Below are positions 1-7,519 of a DNA stretch of 15,127 nt, piece after piece. This DNA comes from a candidate division WOR-3 bacterium (GTDB taxonomy: Bacteria; Hydrothermota; Hydrothermia; B15-G9; WFZT01). The translations under genes and the position numbers were made by a program. The notes beneath the pieces are model-generated. The model was not told the DNA's origin. It did no database searches and was given only the letters and a program-made list of their open reading frames with translations. Where the stretch lies: assembly GCA_027053075.1 (NCBI GenBank), contig JALUEE010000045.1, positions 1 to 15,127 of the forward strand. The letters are read 5' to 3'. The first letter of the stretch is position 1; each line of letters starts with the position of its first letter.

Positions 1-5
1 GCCAT
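1..5 (-). CDS. Probable start of a downstream gene running off the window (ATG GC...)
   Basis: Minus strand reads GCAGAGGTAGAATTA-ATG-GC directly after the hup stop: SD-like GAGGT about 7 nt before an ATG at position 5. Product cannot be determined. Confidence 0.5.
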
Positions 6-20
6 TAATTCTACCTCTGC

Positions 21-296
21 TTACTTGTTCACCAGTTCTTTCAGCTGGCTTGATGCCTTGAATACAGGAGCCTTTCTTGCAGGAATTGTAATCTCTTCCC
101 TTGTTCTCGGATTTCTTCCTCTTCTCTCGCCTCTTTCTCTTACCATGAATGTGCCGAATCCGATGATTCTCACGGGCTCACCCTTGGCAAGAGCCTCTTT
201 CACGACCTCAACCACGGCCTCAACGGCCTTGGCTGCCTCTTTCTTTGTCATATTTGCCTTTTCTGCGACGGCTGCAACCAACTCTTGCTTGTTCAT
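21..296 (-). CDS. hup: Histone-like DNA-binding protein HU
   Basis: 91 aa; MNKQELVAAVAEKA start, GFGTF and RRGRNPRTREEITIPARKAPVFKAS HU/IHF signature; strong SD AAGGAGGT upstream. Confidence 0.97.
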   Translation of the reverse strand: MNKQELVAAVAEKANMTKKEAAKAVEAVVEVVKEALAKGEPVRIIGFGTFMVRERGERRGRNPRTREEITIPARKAPVFKASSQLKELVNK

Positions 297-360
297 ATTT
301 TACCTCCTTGTTTTTGTTGAAATAACAACCATTTTCAGCAGTTTTCCACAGTTTTGTTAA

Positions 361-389
361 TATTTAAGGGATTTTCCGTAACCTGTCAA
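361..389 (-). promoter_or_regulatory. Putative sigma70 promoter for hup
   Basis: Minus strand TTGACA (389-384), 17 nt, TAAATA (366-361). Perfect -35, imperfect -10. Confidence 0.5.
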
Positions 390-414
390 GGGATTGCCCA
401 TTAACAAAGGGATT
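366..414. repeat. Three direct copies of AAGGGATT in the hutH-hup intergenic region
   Basis: AAGGGATT at 366-373, 388-395 and 407-414. Confidence 0.7.
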
Positions 415-423
415 TTGGGATGG

Positions 424-2079
424 TCAGGATAAAAATTCTTGAAATTTCCCGATTTTTATCATTCGGAAAATTTTTTCTATGTCATATGACAAAACACGGT
501 CTTCGAGGCTATCGCTTAAAATTTCATCTAAAAACTTCATCACCCTGCCAGTGATCCTGCCTGGCTTTCCTTTGCGAAATTTAATTCCCCTGTAGGCTGT
601 TAGAAATTCTATAGCCACAATTCTTGCCACATTCTCAAGTACTTCAAGGGTCTTAAACATCGCATTAGGGGCCATGCTCACGTGGTCCTCCCGGTTGGCA
701 CTTGTTGGCACATTGTCAACTGTAGCAGGATGGGCAAGTAGCTTGTTCATAGAAGTCAGGCTCGCAGCCGTGTACTGTGCAAGCATTAGGCCGTTCATCA
801 AACCCGGTTCCTTTGCAAGAAATGCCGGTAAACCTCGATTTAACCTCTTATCTAATAGTCGGAAAATCCGACGCTCGGTAATATTTCCGATTTCTGTAAA
901 AGCAATTCGCAGAAAATCCATAGCAAAGCCGGGATACTCAGCGTGGAAGTTTCCGGCTGAAAAAGCCTTATTGTAATAGGGGGCATCCGGGATAATAACA
1001 GGATTGTCTGTGACCCCGTTTATCTCCTCTGTGAGCCATCTCGCGGAAATTTCGAGGGTCTCAAGCACCGGCCCATACACCTGCGGGATACATCTAAGAG
1101 AATATGCATCCTGCACATGCCCAAATTCCCGTCTTATATTCACAGACTGCTGAACCTTCTTGATAGTCGAAACAAGCGAGCTTCCCTCAATAAGCTTTCT
1201 GAATTTCTTTGCAACCTCAACCTGTCCCCTGTGGTTTCTAAGCTCCATTACATCTTCATAAAATGCACTCTCAAATCCGGTTATTGCCTCAAAGCTTAGG
1301 GCTGCTGATAGTAGAGCCGCGTCAAAGACCTTCCTTGCAAGGTCAATGGCAAAAATGGAAACAGCCGACGTGAAAGCCGTGCCGTTGTTCAAAGCAAGCC
1401 CTTCTTTCGCCTCGAGCACAATCCTCGGGATACCAGCGATATGCATTCCTAAAATTCCAAGGACTCTCCTCCAATTACCCTGCTCGTAAATAAACACTTC
1501 TCCACCAAGCTGAAGTGCCTTTTGTAACTCACTTTCCGTGAGATTCTCACCTCTGACCATTTTTTGCACGAGCTCTTCTTCCCTCTTTTGTAAATCAGGT
1601 CGCGGGTCTTTTGTAAACGTCAGGGCCATGTGAGACAGAGGGGCAAGGTCTCCGCTTGCGCCTACAGAGCCCATGGAGGGGATAACCGGGGCAACACCTT
1701 TATTGAGCATTTCAGCAAGAGTAAATAGCACTTCTGGTCTCACTCCGGAGTACCCTTTTGCGAGGGAATTAAGCCTGATGAGCATCGTGGCACGTGAGAT
1801 TTCAGGAGACACGGGCTCCCCTACCCCTGCAGAATGGGAAAGAATTAGAAATCTCTGAAGGAGCCGAACCTCATGGACAGGTATGGTCTTCTCCGCATTT
1901 GCCCCAAAACCCGTTGTAACTCCATACACAATCTGGTTGTTCTGCAAAGCCTCTTCAATGACCTTCCGTGAAGCCCTTACTCTCTTGAGGCTTTCAGGTG
2001 AGATTGAAACTTTGATATCTGGGGATTTTGCAATCTTGAGAACAGCATCTATGGTGAGAGAATGCCCATCAATCTCCAT
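424..2079 (-). CDS. hutH: Histidine ammonia-lyase (MIO-dependent aromatic amino acid lyase family)
   Basis: VYGVTTGFG, ILSHSAGVG (SH at the specificity site typical of HAL), GSVGASGDLAPL (MIO-forming ASG), KEGLAL, QDAYSLRC, TDNP, GNFHAE, EDHVSM. Likely start is ATG at 2079 (SD AAAGGGG) rather than TTG at 2106; 551 aa. Confidence 0.9.
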   Translation of the reverse strand: MEIDGHSLTIDAVLKIAKSPDIKVSISPESLKRVRASRKVIEEALQNNQIVYGVTTGFGANAEKTIPVHEVRLLQRFLILSHSAGVGEPVSPEISRATMLIRLNSLAKGYSGVRPEVLFTLAEMLNKGVAPVIPSMGSVGASGDLAPLSHMALTFTKDPRPDLQKREEELVQKMVRGENLTESELQKALQLGGEVFIYEQGNWRRVLGILGMHIAGIPRIVLEAKEGLALNNGTAFTSAVSIFAIDLARKVFDAALLSAALSFEAITGFESAFYEDVMELRNHRGQVEVAKKFRKLIEGSSLVSTIKKVQQSVNIRREFGHVQDAYSLRCIPQVYGPVLETLEISARWLTEEINGVTDNPVIIPDAPYYNKAFSAGNFHAEYPGFAMDFLRIAFTEIGNITERRIFRLLDKRLNRGLPAFLAKEPGLMNGLMLAQYTAASLTSMNKLLAHPATVDNVPTSANREDHVSMAPNAMFKTLEVLENVARIVAIEFLTAYRGIKFRKGKPGRITGRVMKFLDEILSDSLEDRVLSYDIEKIFRMIKIGKFQEFLS

Positions 2080-3397
2080 TAATTTCCCCTTTGATAACCC
2101 GGGCAACTTCCTCTATCTTCACCTGATTCTGGGTCTCCTTTGTCAGGTCTTTTAGGGTTACCACACCTGCCTCCATCTCATCAGGGCCGTAGAAAATGGC
2201 AAACCTGATCCCTTTGTCGCTGGCATACCCGAGCTGTGCCCGTAAATTCTTTTTCCCAAGATAGAGGTCCACATTCAATCCCTCGTCCCTCAACCTTGCC
2301 GCCAGCTTTGCCGATTCTTTTAAAAACTTTTTGTTGAAAACGGTTACCAGCACATGAGTATGGGTTTTTAGCGAATCGGGAAGGAGATTGAGGTCAACCA
2401 ACCCCTGATAAATACGCTCGAGGCCAAGACTTCCACCGGTTGCAGGCAAATCTCTGCCTGAGAAAATTTTAATAAGGTTATCATACCTCCCACCACCACT
2501 GACACTGGGTAGCGAAACATCCTCTAAAACTGCTTCGTAAATGGGACCTGTGTAATAATCCAGTCCCCTCGCAAGGCTCAAATCAATTTTGACAAACTCC
2601 TCGGGAACTCCAAGAATCTGGAGAAATTCAAGCAGGTCGGTGAGCTCGTTAATTCCGGCAACCCCTGCCACTGAGTCCTTGAAAAATTCCTCTCCAAATG
2701 CGATAGCCTCTTCATTTGAATCAAAATGCGTGCTGATAATCTTTTCTATCTTTGCTATTGCATCTGATTTGTATCCTTTATCACTAAGCTCTTTCAGGAC
2801 CCCCTCAACACCAATTTTATCGAGCTTATCAATAATCCTTGCGGTTTCATGCTCCTTCTCAATGTCAATCCCGGCAGTCTCAATCAAACCGCGCACCACC
2901 TTTCGAGAATTTACCTTTATGGTAAATTTCTTAAATCCGAGAGACGCGAGGCTTTCATAAACAATAGCGATTATTTCTGCATCTGCCATGAGGGAGGTTG
3001 ATCCCACAATGTCAAAGTCGCACTGGTAAAATTCTCTATACCTCCCTTTTTGGGGGCTATCTGCACGCCAGACCGGTGCAATCTGGTACCTTTTGAAAGG
3101 CTTCGGAATCTCCGGGTGCATGGCAATGACTCTTGAGAGGGGAACTGTAAGGTCATACCTCAGTCCAACATCTCTGCCACCATGGTCTTTAAAGCGATAT
3201 ATGAGCATTTCCGCATCTTCGCCATACTTACCGCCCAGGGTCTCCCAGAGCTCAATAGAAGGTGTCTCGAGGGGATCAAATCCATATTTCCTGAAGATTC
3301 CTTTTAGTTTTCCGATGATATATTCCCTTCTCACAGAGTCGGGTGGGAGATAATCTCGAGTTCCCTTCAAAATCGCTGGTTTAACTCTCTTAGCCAT
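2069..3397 (-). CDS. hisS: Histidine--tRNA ligase
   Basis: KGTRDY, LRYDLTVP, motif 2 WRADSPQKGRYREFYQCDFD, histidine-binding loops LARGLDYYTG and GGGRYDNL, motif 3 GLERI, C-terminal anticodon-binding domain. Confidence 0.97.
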   Translation of the reverse strand: MAKRVKPAILKGTRDYLPPDSVRREYIIGKLKGIFRKYGFDPLETPSIELWETLGGKYGEDAEMLIYRFKDHGGRDVGLRYDLTVPLSRVIAMHPEIPKPFKRYQIAPVWRADSPQKGRYREFYQCDFDIVGSTSLMADAEIIAIVYESLASLGFKKFTIKVNSRKVVRGLIETAGIDIEKEHETARIIDKLDKIGVEGVLKELSDKGYKSDAIAKIEKIISTHFDSNEEAIAFGEEFFKDSVAGVAGINELTDLLEFLQILGVPEEFVKIDLSLARGLDYYTGPIYEAVLEDVSLPSVSGGGRYDNLIKIFSGRDLPATGGSLGLERIYQGLVDLNLLPDSLKTHTHVLVTVFNKKFLKESAKLAARLRDEGLNVDLYLGKKNLRAQLGYASDKGIRFAIFYGPDEMEAGVVTLKDLTKETQNQVKIEEVARVIKGEINGD

Positions 3398-3665
3398 TTT
3401 TCAGCCTTTCAATGATTTTTTCAAAGGATAAACCGTTAATCTCAAGATGTTTTTCCTTCGATGTAGCCCCGGATTTTATTGCAATTTCATTTTTCTGAAC
3501 TTTTAGCTTTTTTGCGAGGAATTTTATGAGTTCCTCGTTTGCCTTACCCTTCTCCGGTGGTGCTGCTACATCAATCTTTAGAATCTTATCTCCGTTTAAG
3601 TCTAAAATTCCTTTGAATTTTGTGGCAGATGCCTGGGGCTTAACCTTAACCTTTATTAGAGCCAT
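3390..3665 (-). CDS. DUF167 / UPF0235 (YggU-like) protein
   Basis: IKVKVKP.A, LKIDVAAPPEKGKANEELIKFLAK, I.SGATSKEK family pattern; 91 aa. Confidence 0.9.
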   Translation of the reverse strand: MALIKVKVKPQASATKFKGILDLNGDKILKIDVAAPPEKGKANEELIKFLAKKLKVQKNEIAIKSGATSKEKHLEINGLSFEKIIERLKNG

Positions 3666-4218
3666 TAAAGTTTACTTTTGGAACAGCCTTCTTGCCCTCT
3701 TCTGCCTTAAAGTAGGGCTGCTCCTCAAATCCAAACATTTTTGTAATTATGTTGGTGGGGAATCTCTTTATTGCAACGTTGTAACGCTTTACAGCCTCGT
3801 TGTACCTTATTCTCGCCACTGCTATGCGGTTTTCTGTACCGGCAAGCTCATCCATGAGTCTTAGAAAGGTCTGGTCAGCCTTGAGCTGCGGGTAATTTTC
3901 AGCTATAGCAAGGAGTCTCGAGAGTGCAATATCAAGTTCTCGGTTGGCCGCTATCTGATCAGCCCTTGTCTTCGCTCCGGCAAGCTTAGCACGAGCATCA
4001 GCAACATATTCGAATATCTCCTTCTCGTGAGAAGCGTATCCTTTGACCGTGTTTACAAGGTTTGGAATGAGGTCAGCGCGCCTCTGCATCTGAGTATCAA
4101 TCTGAGACCAGTTCAAATCAACAGCCTCTCTCAATGAAACAAGCTGGTTGTAGGCTGAAATTATCGGCAGAGCTATCAGCGCGACTATAACGATAAAAGC
4201 TATTATTGCACGTTTCAT
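3646..4218 (-). CDS. lemA: LemA family protein
   Basis: N-terminal TM helix, YNQLV, WSQID.Q.QRRADLIPNLV.TVKGY..HE, AENYPQLKA, ELAGTENRIAVAR.RYN, FPTN. Confidence 0.95.
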   Translation of the reverse strand: MKRAIIAFIVIVALIALPIISAYNQLVSLREAVDLNWSQIDTQMQRRADLIPNLVNTVKGYASHEKEIFEYVADARAKLAGAKTRADQIAANRELDIALSRLLAIAENYPQLKADQTFLRLMDELAGTENRIAVARIRYNEAVKRYNVAIKRFPTNIITKMFGFEEQPYFKAEEGKKAVPKVNFNGSNKG

Positions 4219-4221
4219 TAT

Positions 4222-4422
4222 TTAGAACTCGTAAGGGATGATCATGCGGATTCTTCTGTAATCAGCCTTATCCACGAGTGCCGCTTTTCTGAGGTTTCTC
4301 TTTCTTTTTCTCGTCTTTTTTGTAAGAATGTGGCTCTTGAAAGCGTGTCTCCTCTTGATCTTCCCAGAACCTGTTACCTTGAACCTCTTAGCAGCTGATC
4401 TCTTTGTCTTAAACTTAGGCAT
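4222..4422 (-). CDS. rpmI: 50S ribosomal protein bL35
   Basis: [36 protein letters not shown]. Start placed at ATG 4422 with SD AGGAGG; 66 aa. Confidence 0.97.
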   Translation of the reverse strand: MPKFKTKRSAAKRFKVTGSGKIKRRHAFKSHILTKKTRKRKRNLRKAALVDKADYRRIRMIIPYEF

Positions 4423-4427
4423 TTCAA

Positions 4428-4982
4428 TCATCCTCCTTTCTTTTTTATTGTTGGTCTGATCATGGAAGTTATGTATCTACCTTCCAGTTTGGGTGGAACC
4501 TCCACAGCAGAGATGTCTGAAAGTTCCTCAAGAATAGAATTTATTAGCTCAAATCCTTTATCCTGATGGACGATTTCGCGCCCTTTAAAGAAAATTTTAA
4601 CTTTAACCTTGTTGCCATCTTCTAAAAACTCGCGGACCTTTTTCATCTTTGTTTCAAGGTCATGCTTATCAATGGATGGTCTGAAGGAAATTTCCTTCAC
4701 CTCTCCAGCCTGCTTTTTCTTTGCTTCCTTTTTGCGCTTTTTCTCTTCGTACTTAAACTTTCCGTAGTCCATGATCTTGGCAACCGGTGGCCTCGCGTTG
4801 GGGGCAACCTCCACCAGGTCAAGATTCATGGAATATGCGAGTTCCAGCGCATCCCTTGTTTTCATAACTCCAAGCTGCTTACCATCTGGCCCTATAACTC
4901 TTACTTCCGGTACTCTAATTCTTTCATTAACCCTGTGCTCCTCAGGGTCACGTCTTACCTTTCTGTAAAATCTTCCTCTAAT
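4428..4982 (-). CDS. infC: Translation initiation factor IF-3, non-canonical ATT start
   Basis: The ORF-track frame (from 4865) extends 39 codons upstream through the conserved [24 protein letters not shown] to an ATT at 4982-4980, 7 nt after AAGGAGGT. Also [26 protein letters not shown]. 184 aa. Confidence 0.95.
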   Translation of the reverse strand: MRGRFYRKVRRDPEEHRVNERIRVPEVRVIGPDGKQLGVMKTRDALELAYSMNLDLVEVAPNARPPVAKIMDYGKFKYEEKKRKKEAKKKQAGEVKEISFRPSIDKHDLETKMKKVREFLEDGNKVKVKIFFKGREIVHQDKGFELINSILEELSDISAVEVPPKLEGRYITSMIRPTIKKKGG

Positions 4983-4987
4983 TTTAC

Positions 4988-6880
4988 CTACCTCCTTTTG
5001 CTTTTAATTAAATCGTCAAGAATTGCAATAAATTCGTCAAGTTTCATCTTACCAATGTCCCCTTCACCATGCTTCCTCACTGCAACAACACCGTTTTCCT
5101 GCTCTTCTTTACCAATAATGAGCATAAACGGCACCTTTTGCTTCTCTGCTTCCCTGATTTTATAACCGATTTTCTCTGACCTCGTGTCTATTTCAACCCT
5201 ATATCCGCGTGAAAATAGATTATCAAAGATTTGCCTTGCATAATCAATATTCTGGTCGGTTATGGGTAAAACCTTCACCTGCACAGGTGCCAGCCAGACA
5301 GGGAAGTTTCCACCATAGTGCTCGATAAGCGTCCCGAAAAATCTTTCAAGCGACCCCATCAAAGCCCTGTGAATCATGTAGGGTCTCTTGTCCTTTCCGT
5401 CCTTATCTCTGTAGGTTACATCGAATCTCTCAGGGAGATTGAAATCAAACTGAATGGTAGAGCACTGCCAGGCACGTCCGAGAGCATCCTTTATCTTGAT
5501 GTCAATTTTCGGGCCGTAAAACGCTCCGCCTCCCTCATCGATCTTGTATTCAAGACCGGCTTTTTCCACAGCCTTGATAAGGGAATTAGTGGCAAGCTCC
5601 CACATTTCATCATCGCCAACGTATTTCTCAGGCTTTGTGGAGATGTAAACTTCGTAATCTTCAAAACCAAAGCTCTTCAAAATAAAGAGGGATAGGTCAA
5701 TTACACCGATAATTTCGTCTTCTACCTGATCAGGTCTTGCAAAAATATGAGCGTCATCCTGGGTAAAACCTCTAACCCTCAGAAGCCCGTGAAGCACTCC
5801 AGAGCGCTCGTAACGGTAAACAGTTCCAAGCTCCGCGTATCTGATAGGCAGGTCCCTGTAGCTTCTCACTTTGGATTTGTAGATAAGGATGTGGAATGGG
5901 CAGTTCATGGGCTTGACGTAGTATGTGTCGTTTTCGATTTTCATGGGTGAGAACATATTCTCCTGGTAGAATCCAAGGTGTCCGGAGATTTCCCAGAGCT
6001 TGGCACGCCCGACGTGAGGTGTATAAACCGGTTCGTACCCGCGTTTTATGTGCTCATCTATCCAGAATCTCTCAATCTCCATGCGGATACGGGCACCTTT
6101 GGGATGCCAGAGTACAAGTCCTGGCCCCACATCTTCGTTAATGGAATACAAATCAAGCTCACGTCCAAGCTTACGGTGATCCCTCTTTTTTGCCTCTTCG
6201 AGTTTTCTCAAATATTCATTTAACTCCTCTTTTGAGGGGAAGGAAATTCCGTAAATTCTCTGTAAAACTGGTCCATGCTCGTCTCCTCTCCAGTAGCTTG
6301 AGGAGGATGATAGAAGCTTGACAGCCTTCACAAATCCTGTGCTTGGAAGATGTGGCCCACGGCAGAGATCAACAAAATCTCCCTGCCAATATACAGAAAC
6401 TTTATCGTCTTCAATTTCATTCAGAATTTCGATCTTGTAATCTTCTCCAAGTTTTTTAAACAGTTCAATGGCTTTCTCTTTTGGAAGTTCCTCCCTTCTC
6501 AGAGGAAGGTTTCTTTTTATAATTTCTTTCATCTTTTTCTCAATTTTCTTCAGGTCTTCGGGTGTGAATGTTCGGCCCTGTGTGTCGAAGTCATAGTAAA
6601 ATCCGTTCTCAATTGCGGGACCTATGGTGACTTTCACATCCGGGAAGAGTTCCTTCACAGCCTGCGCCATAATGTGAGACGTAGTATGCCAATAGACTTC
6701 TCTCCCCTCGGGGGATGAGAAGTCAAGAAGCTCGATCTCATCGACATCTTTGGGCACGAGCGTCAGGTCCACAAGCCTGCCATCCACTTTCGCCACAACA
6801 TAGCCGTTTTTTCTGGCAAATTTTAAAAGTTCGTCACGCTCAATTTCCAATACTTCACCGTTGGGAAGTTTAACCTTCAT
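4988..6880 (-). CDS. thrS: Threonine--tRNA ligase
   Basis: TGS-like N-terminus, editing motifs HTTSH and [52 protein letters not shown]. Confidence 0.98.
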   Translation of the reverse strand: MKVKLPNGEVLEIERDELLKFARKNGYVVAKVDGRLVDLTLVPKDVDEIELLDFSSPEGREVYWHTTSHIMAQAVKELFPDVKVTIGPAIENGFYYDFDTQGRTFTPEDLKKIEKKMKEIIKRNLPLRREELPKEKAIELFKKLGEDYKIEILNEIEDDKVSVYWQGDFVDLCRGPHLPSTGFVKAVKLLSSSSSYWRGDEHGPVLQRIYGISFPSKEELNEYLRKLEEAKKRDHRKLGRELDLYSINEDVGPGLVLWHPKGARIRMEIERFWIDEHIKRGYEPVYTPHVGRAKLWEISGHLGFYQENMFSPMKIENDTYYVKPMNCPFHILIYKSKVRSYRDLPIRYAELGTVYRYERSGVLHGLLRVRGFTQDDAHIFARPDQVEDEIIGVIDLSLFILKSFGFEDYEVYISTKPEKYVGDDEMWELATNSLIKAVEKAGLEYKIDEGGGAFYGPKIDIKIKDALGRAWQCSTIQFDFNLPERFDVTYRDKDGKDKRPYMIHRALMGSLERFFGTLIEHYGGNFPVWLAPVQVKVLPITDQNIDYARQIFDNLFSRGYRVEIDTRSEKIGYKIREAEKQKVPFMLIIGKEEQENGVVAVRKHGEGDIGKMKLDEFIAILDDLIKSKRR

Positions 6881-6916
6881 CTTTACACCTCATTTTGTGA
6901 GATTTAAACAGGTCTT

Positions 6917-6945
6917 AATATAATGTCCCCCCATAACATTGTCAA
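6917..6945 (-). promoter_or_regulatory. Sigma70 promoter of the thrS operon
   Basis: Minus strand TTGACA (6945-6940), 17 nt, TATATT (6922-6917). Predicted TSS about 6910. Confidence 0.8.
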
Positions 6946-7135
6946 CGAAAATTGGGGGTGAATATATAATGATTTCGGCTTTTATTTTTTAAACTTTTGC
7001 TTGTGGGAGAGAACACAAACTTCTTTTGTGGGGAAAGGGGAAGAGTAATCTGCTTGAGAAGAGAAGAAAAAGGATGCAAGCGTTCCCTCTCCCACTTCGA
7101 AGGAAGGAAGTTTTTTATTGAAGGTTCATAAGTAG

Positions 7136-7189
7136 CCCCTCACCTGTCCTCTCCCCGCAAGGTAATTTACGCGGGGAGAGGAATTTTTT
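7136..7189 (+). repeat. BoxC-like palindromic element (possible terminator)
   Basis: CCCCTCACCTG tail, then 12-bp stem TCCTCTCCCCGC (7147-7158) / GCGGGGAGAGGA (7171-7182), then A and T6. Confidence 0.7.
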
Positions 7190-7314
7190 AATGGAAGCAA
7201 ATGCTGACAATTATCCCATCATCAGCTTGCTGTAAATAGTTTTTTACCAAGCTTTGTTTGTCATTCAGAAAGTACCTCCACAGGCTTTGTTTTGAGCCAT
7301 ATCACAATGGAATC

Positions 7315-7364
7315 AATCCCTCCCCCACAGGCAAAGCCTGTGGGGGAGGGATTCAGGGAGGGGG
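7315..7364 (-). repeat. BoxC-like palindromic element, inverted relative to the 7136 copy
   Basis: Perfect 18-bp stem AATCCCTCCCCCACAGGC-AAA-GCCTGTGGGGGAGGGATT (7315-7353) with a tail reading CCCCCTCCCTG on the minus strand. Confidence 0.7.
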
Positions 7365-7484
7365 TATTCCGCTTGAAAATTCTAAAAATTCAAGATGTAG
7401 TCACACTCTCCAAGCTCCCTGCTCGCTAAGTGAAAAAGTAATTTTTAGCCTGCACGCAAAATTTCTGGATAATCTCATAAACAC

Positions 7485-7513
7485 TTGTCAAATTCTCCCA
7501 AACTTCTAATAAT
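7485..7513 (+). promoter_or_regulatory. Sigma70 promoter of the Fe-ADH gene (probably leaderless transcript)
   Basis: TTGTCA (7485-7490), 17 nt, AATAAT (7508-7513), 6 nt, ATG at 7520; no SD. Confidence 0.6.
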
Positions 7514-7519
7514 AGAACT

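Noticed and set aside
342..350. DnaA-box-like TTTTCCACA as a sign of oriC (also at 5562-5570 and 15079-15087)
   Set aside because: Isolated single matches, one inside thrS; no box cluster or dnaA/dnaN context.
2069..2112. Programmed frameshift fusing HisRS to HutH at AAAGGGGAAA
   Set aside because: Needs a +1 shift with no recognisable stimulator; hutH has its own SD and ATG, so reinitiation is simpler.
4930..4948. Small hairpin ACCCUG-AGGAGCA-CAGGGU early in the infC mRNA (CsrA- or L20-like site)
   Set aside because: Only a 6-7 bp stem inside coding sequence, with no further support.
7191..7283. ANADNY in the sORF and a downstream CCTCCAC resemble a tmRNA tag and 3' end
   Set aside because: No GGGG-type acceptor 5' end, no T-arm GGTTCRA, and the peptide ends LL rather than AA.
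6990..7370. CRISPR array or 6S/T-box RNA
   Set aside because: Repeats are non-identical, irregularly spaced and in mixed orientation; no cas genes and no T-box or 6S hallmark recognised.
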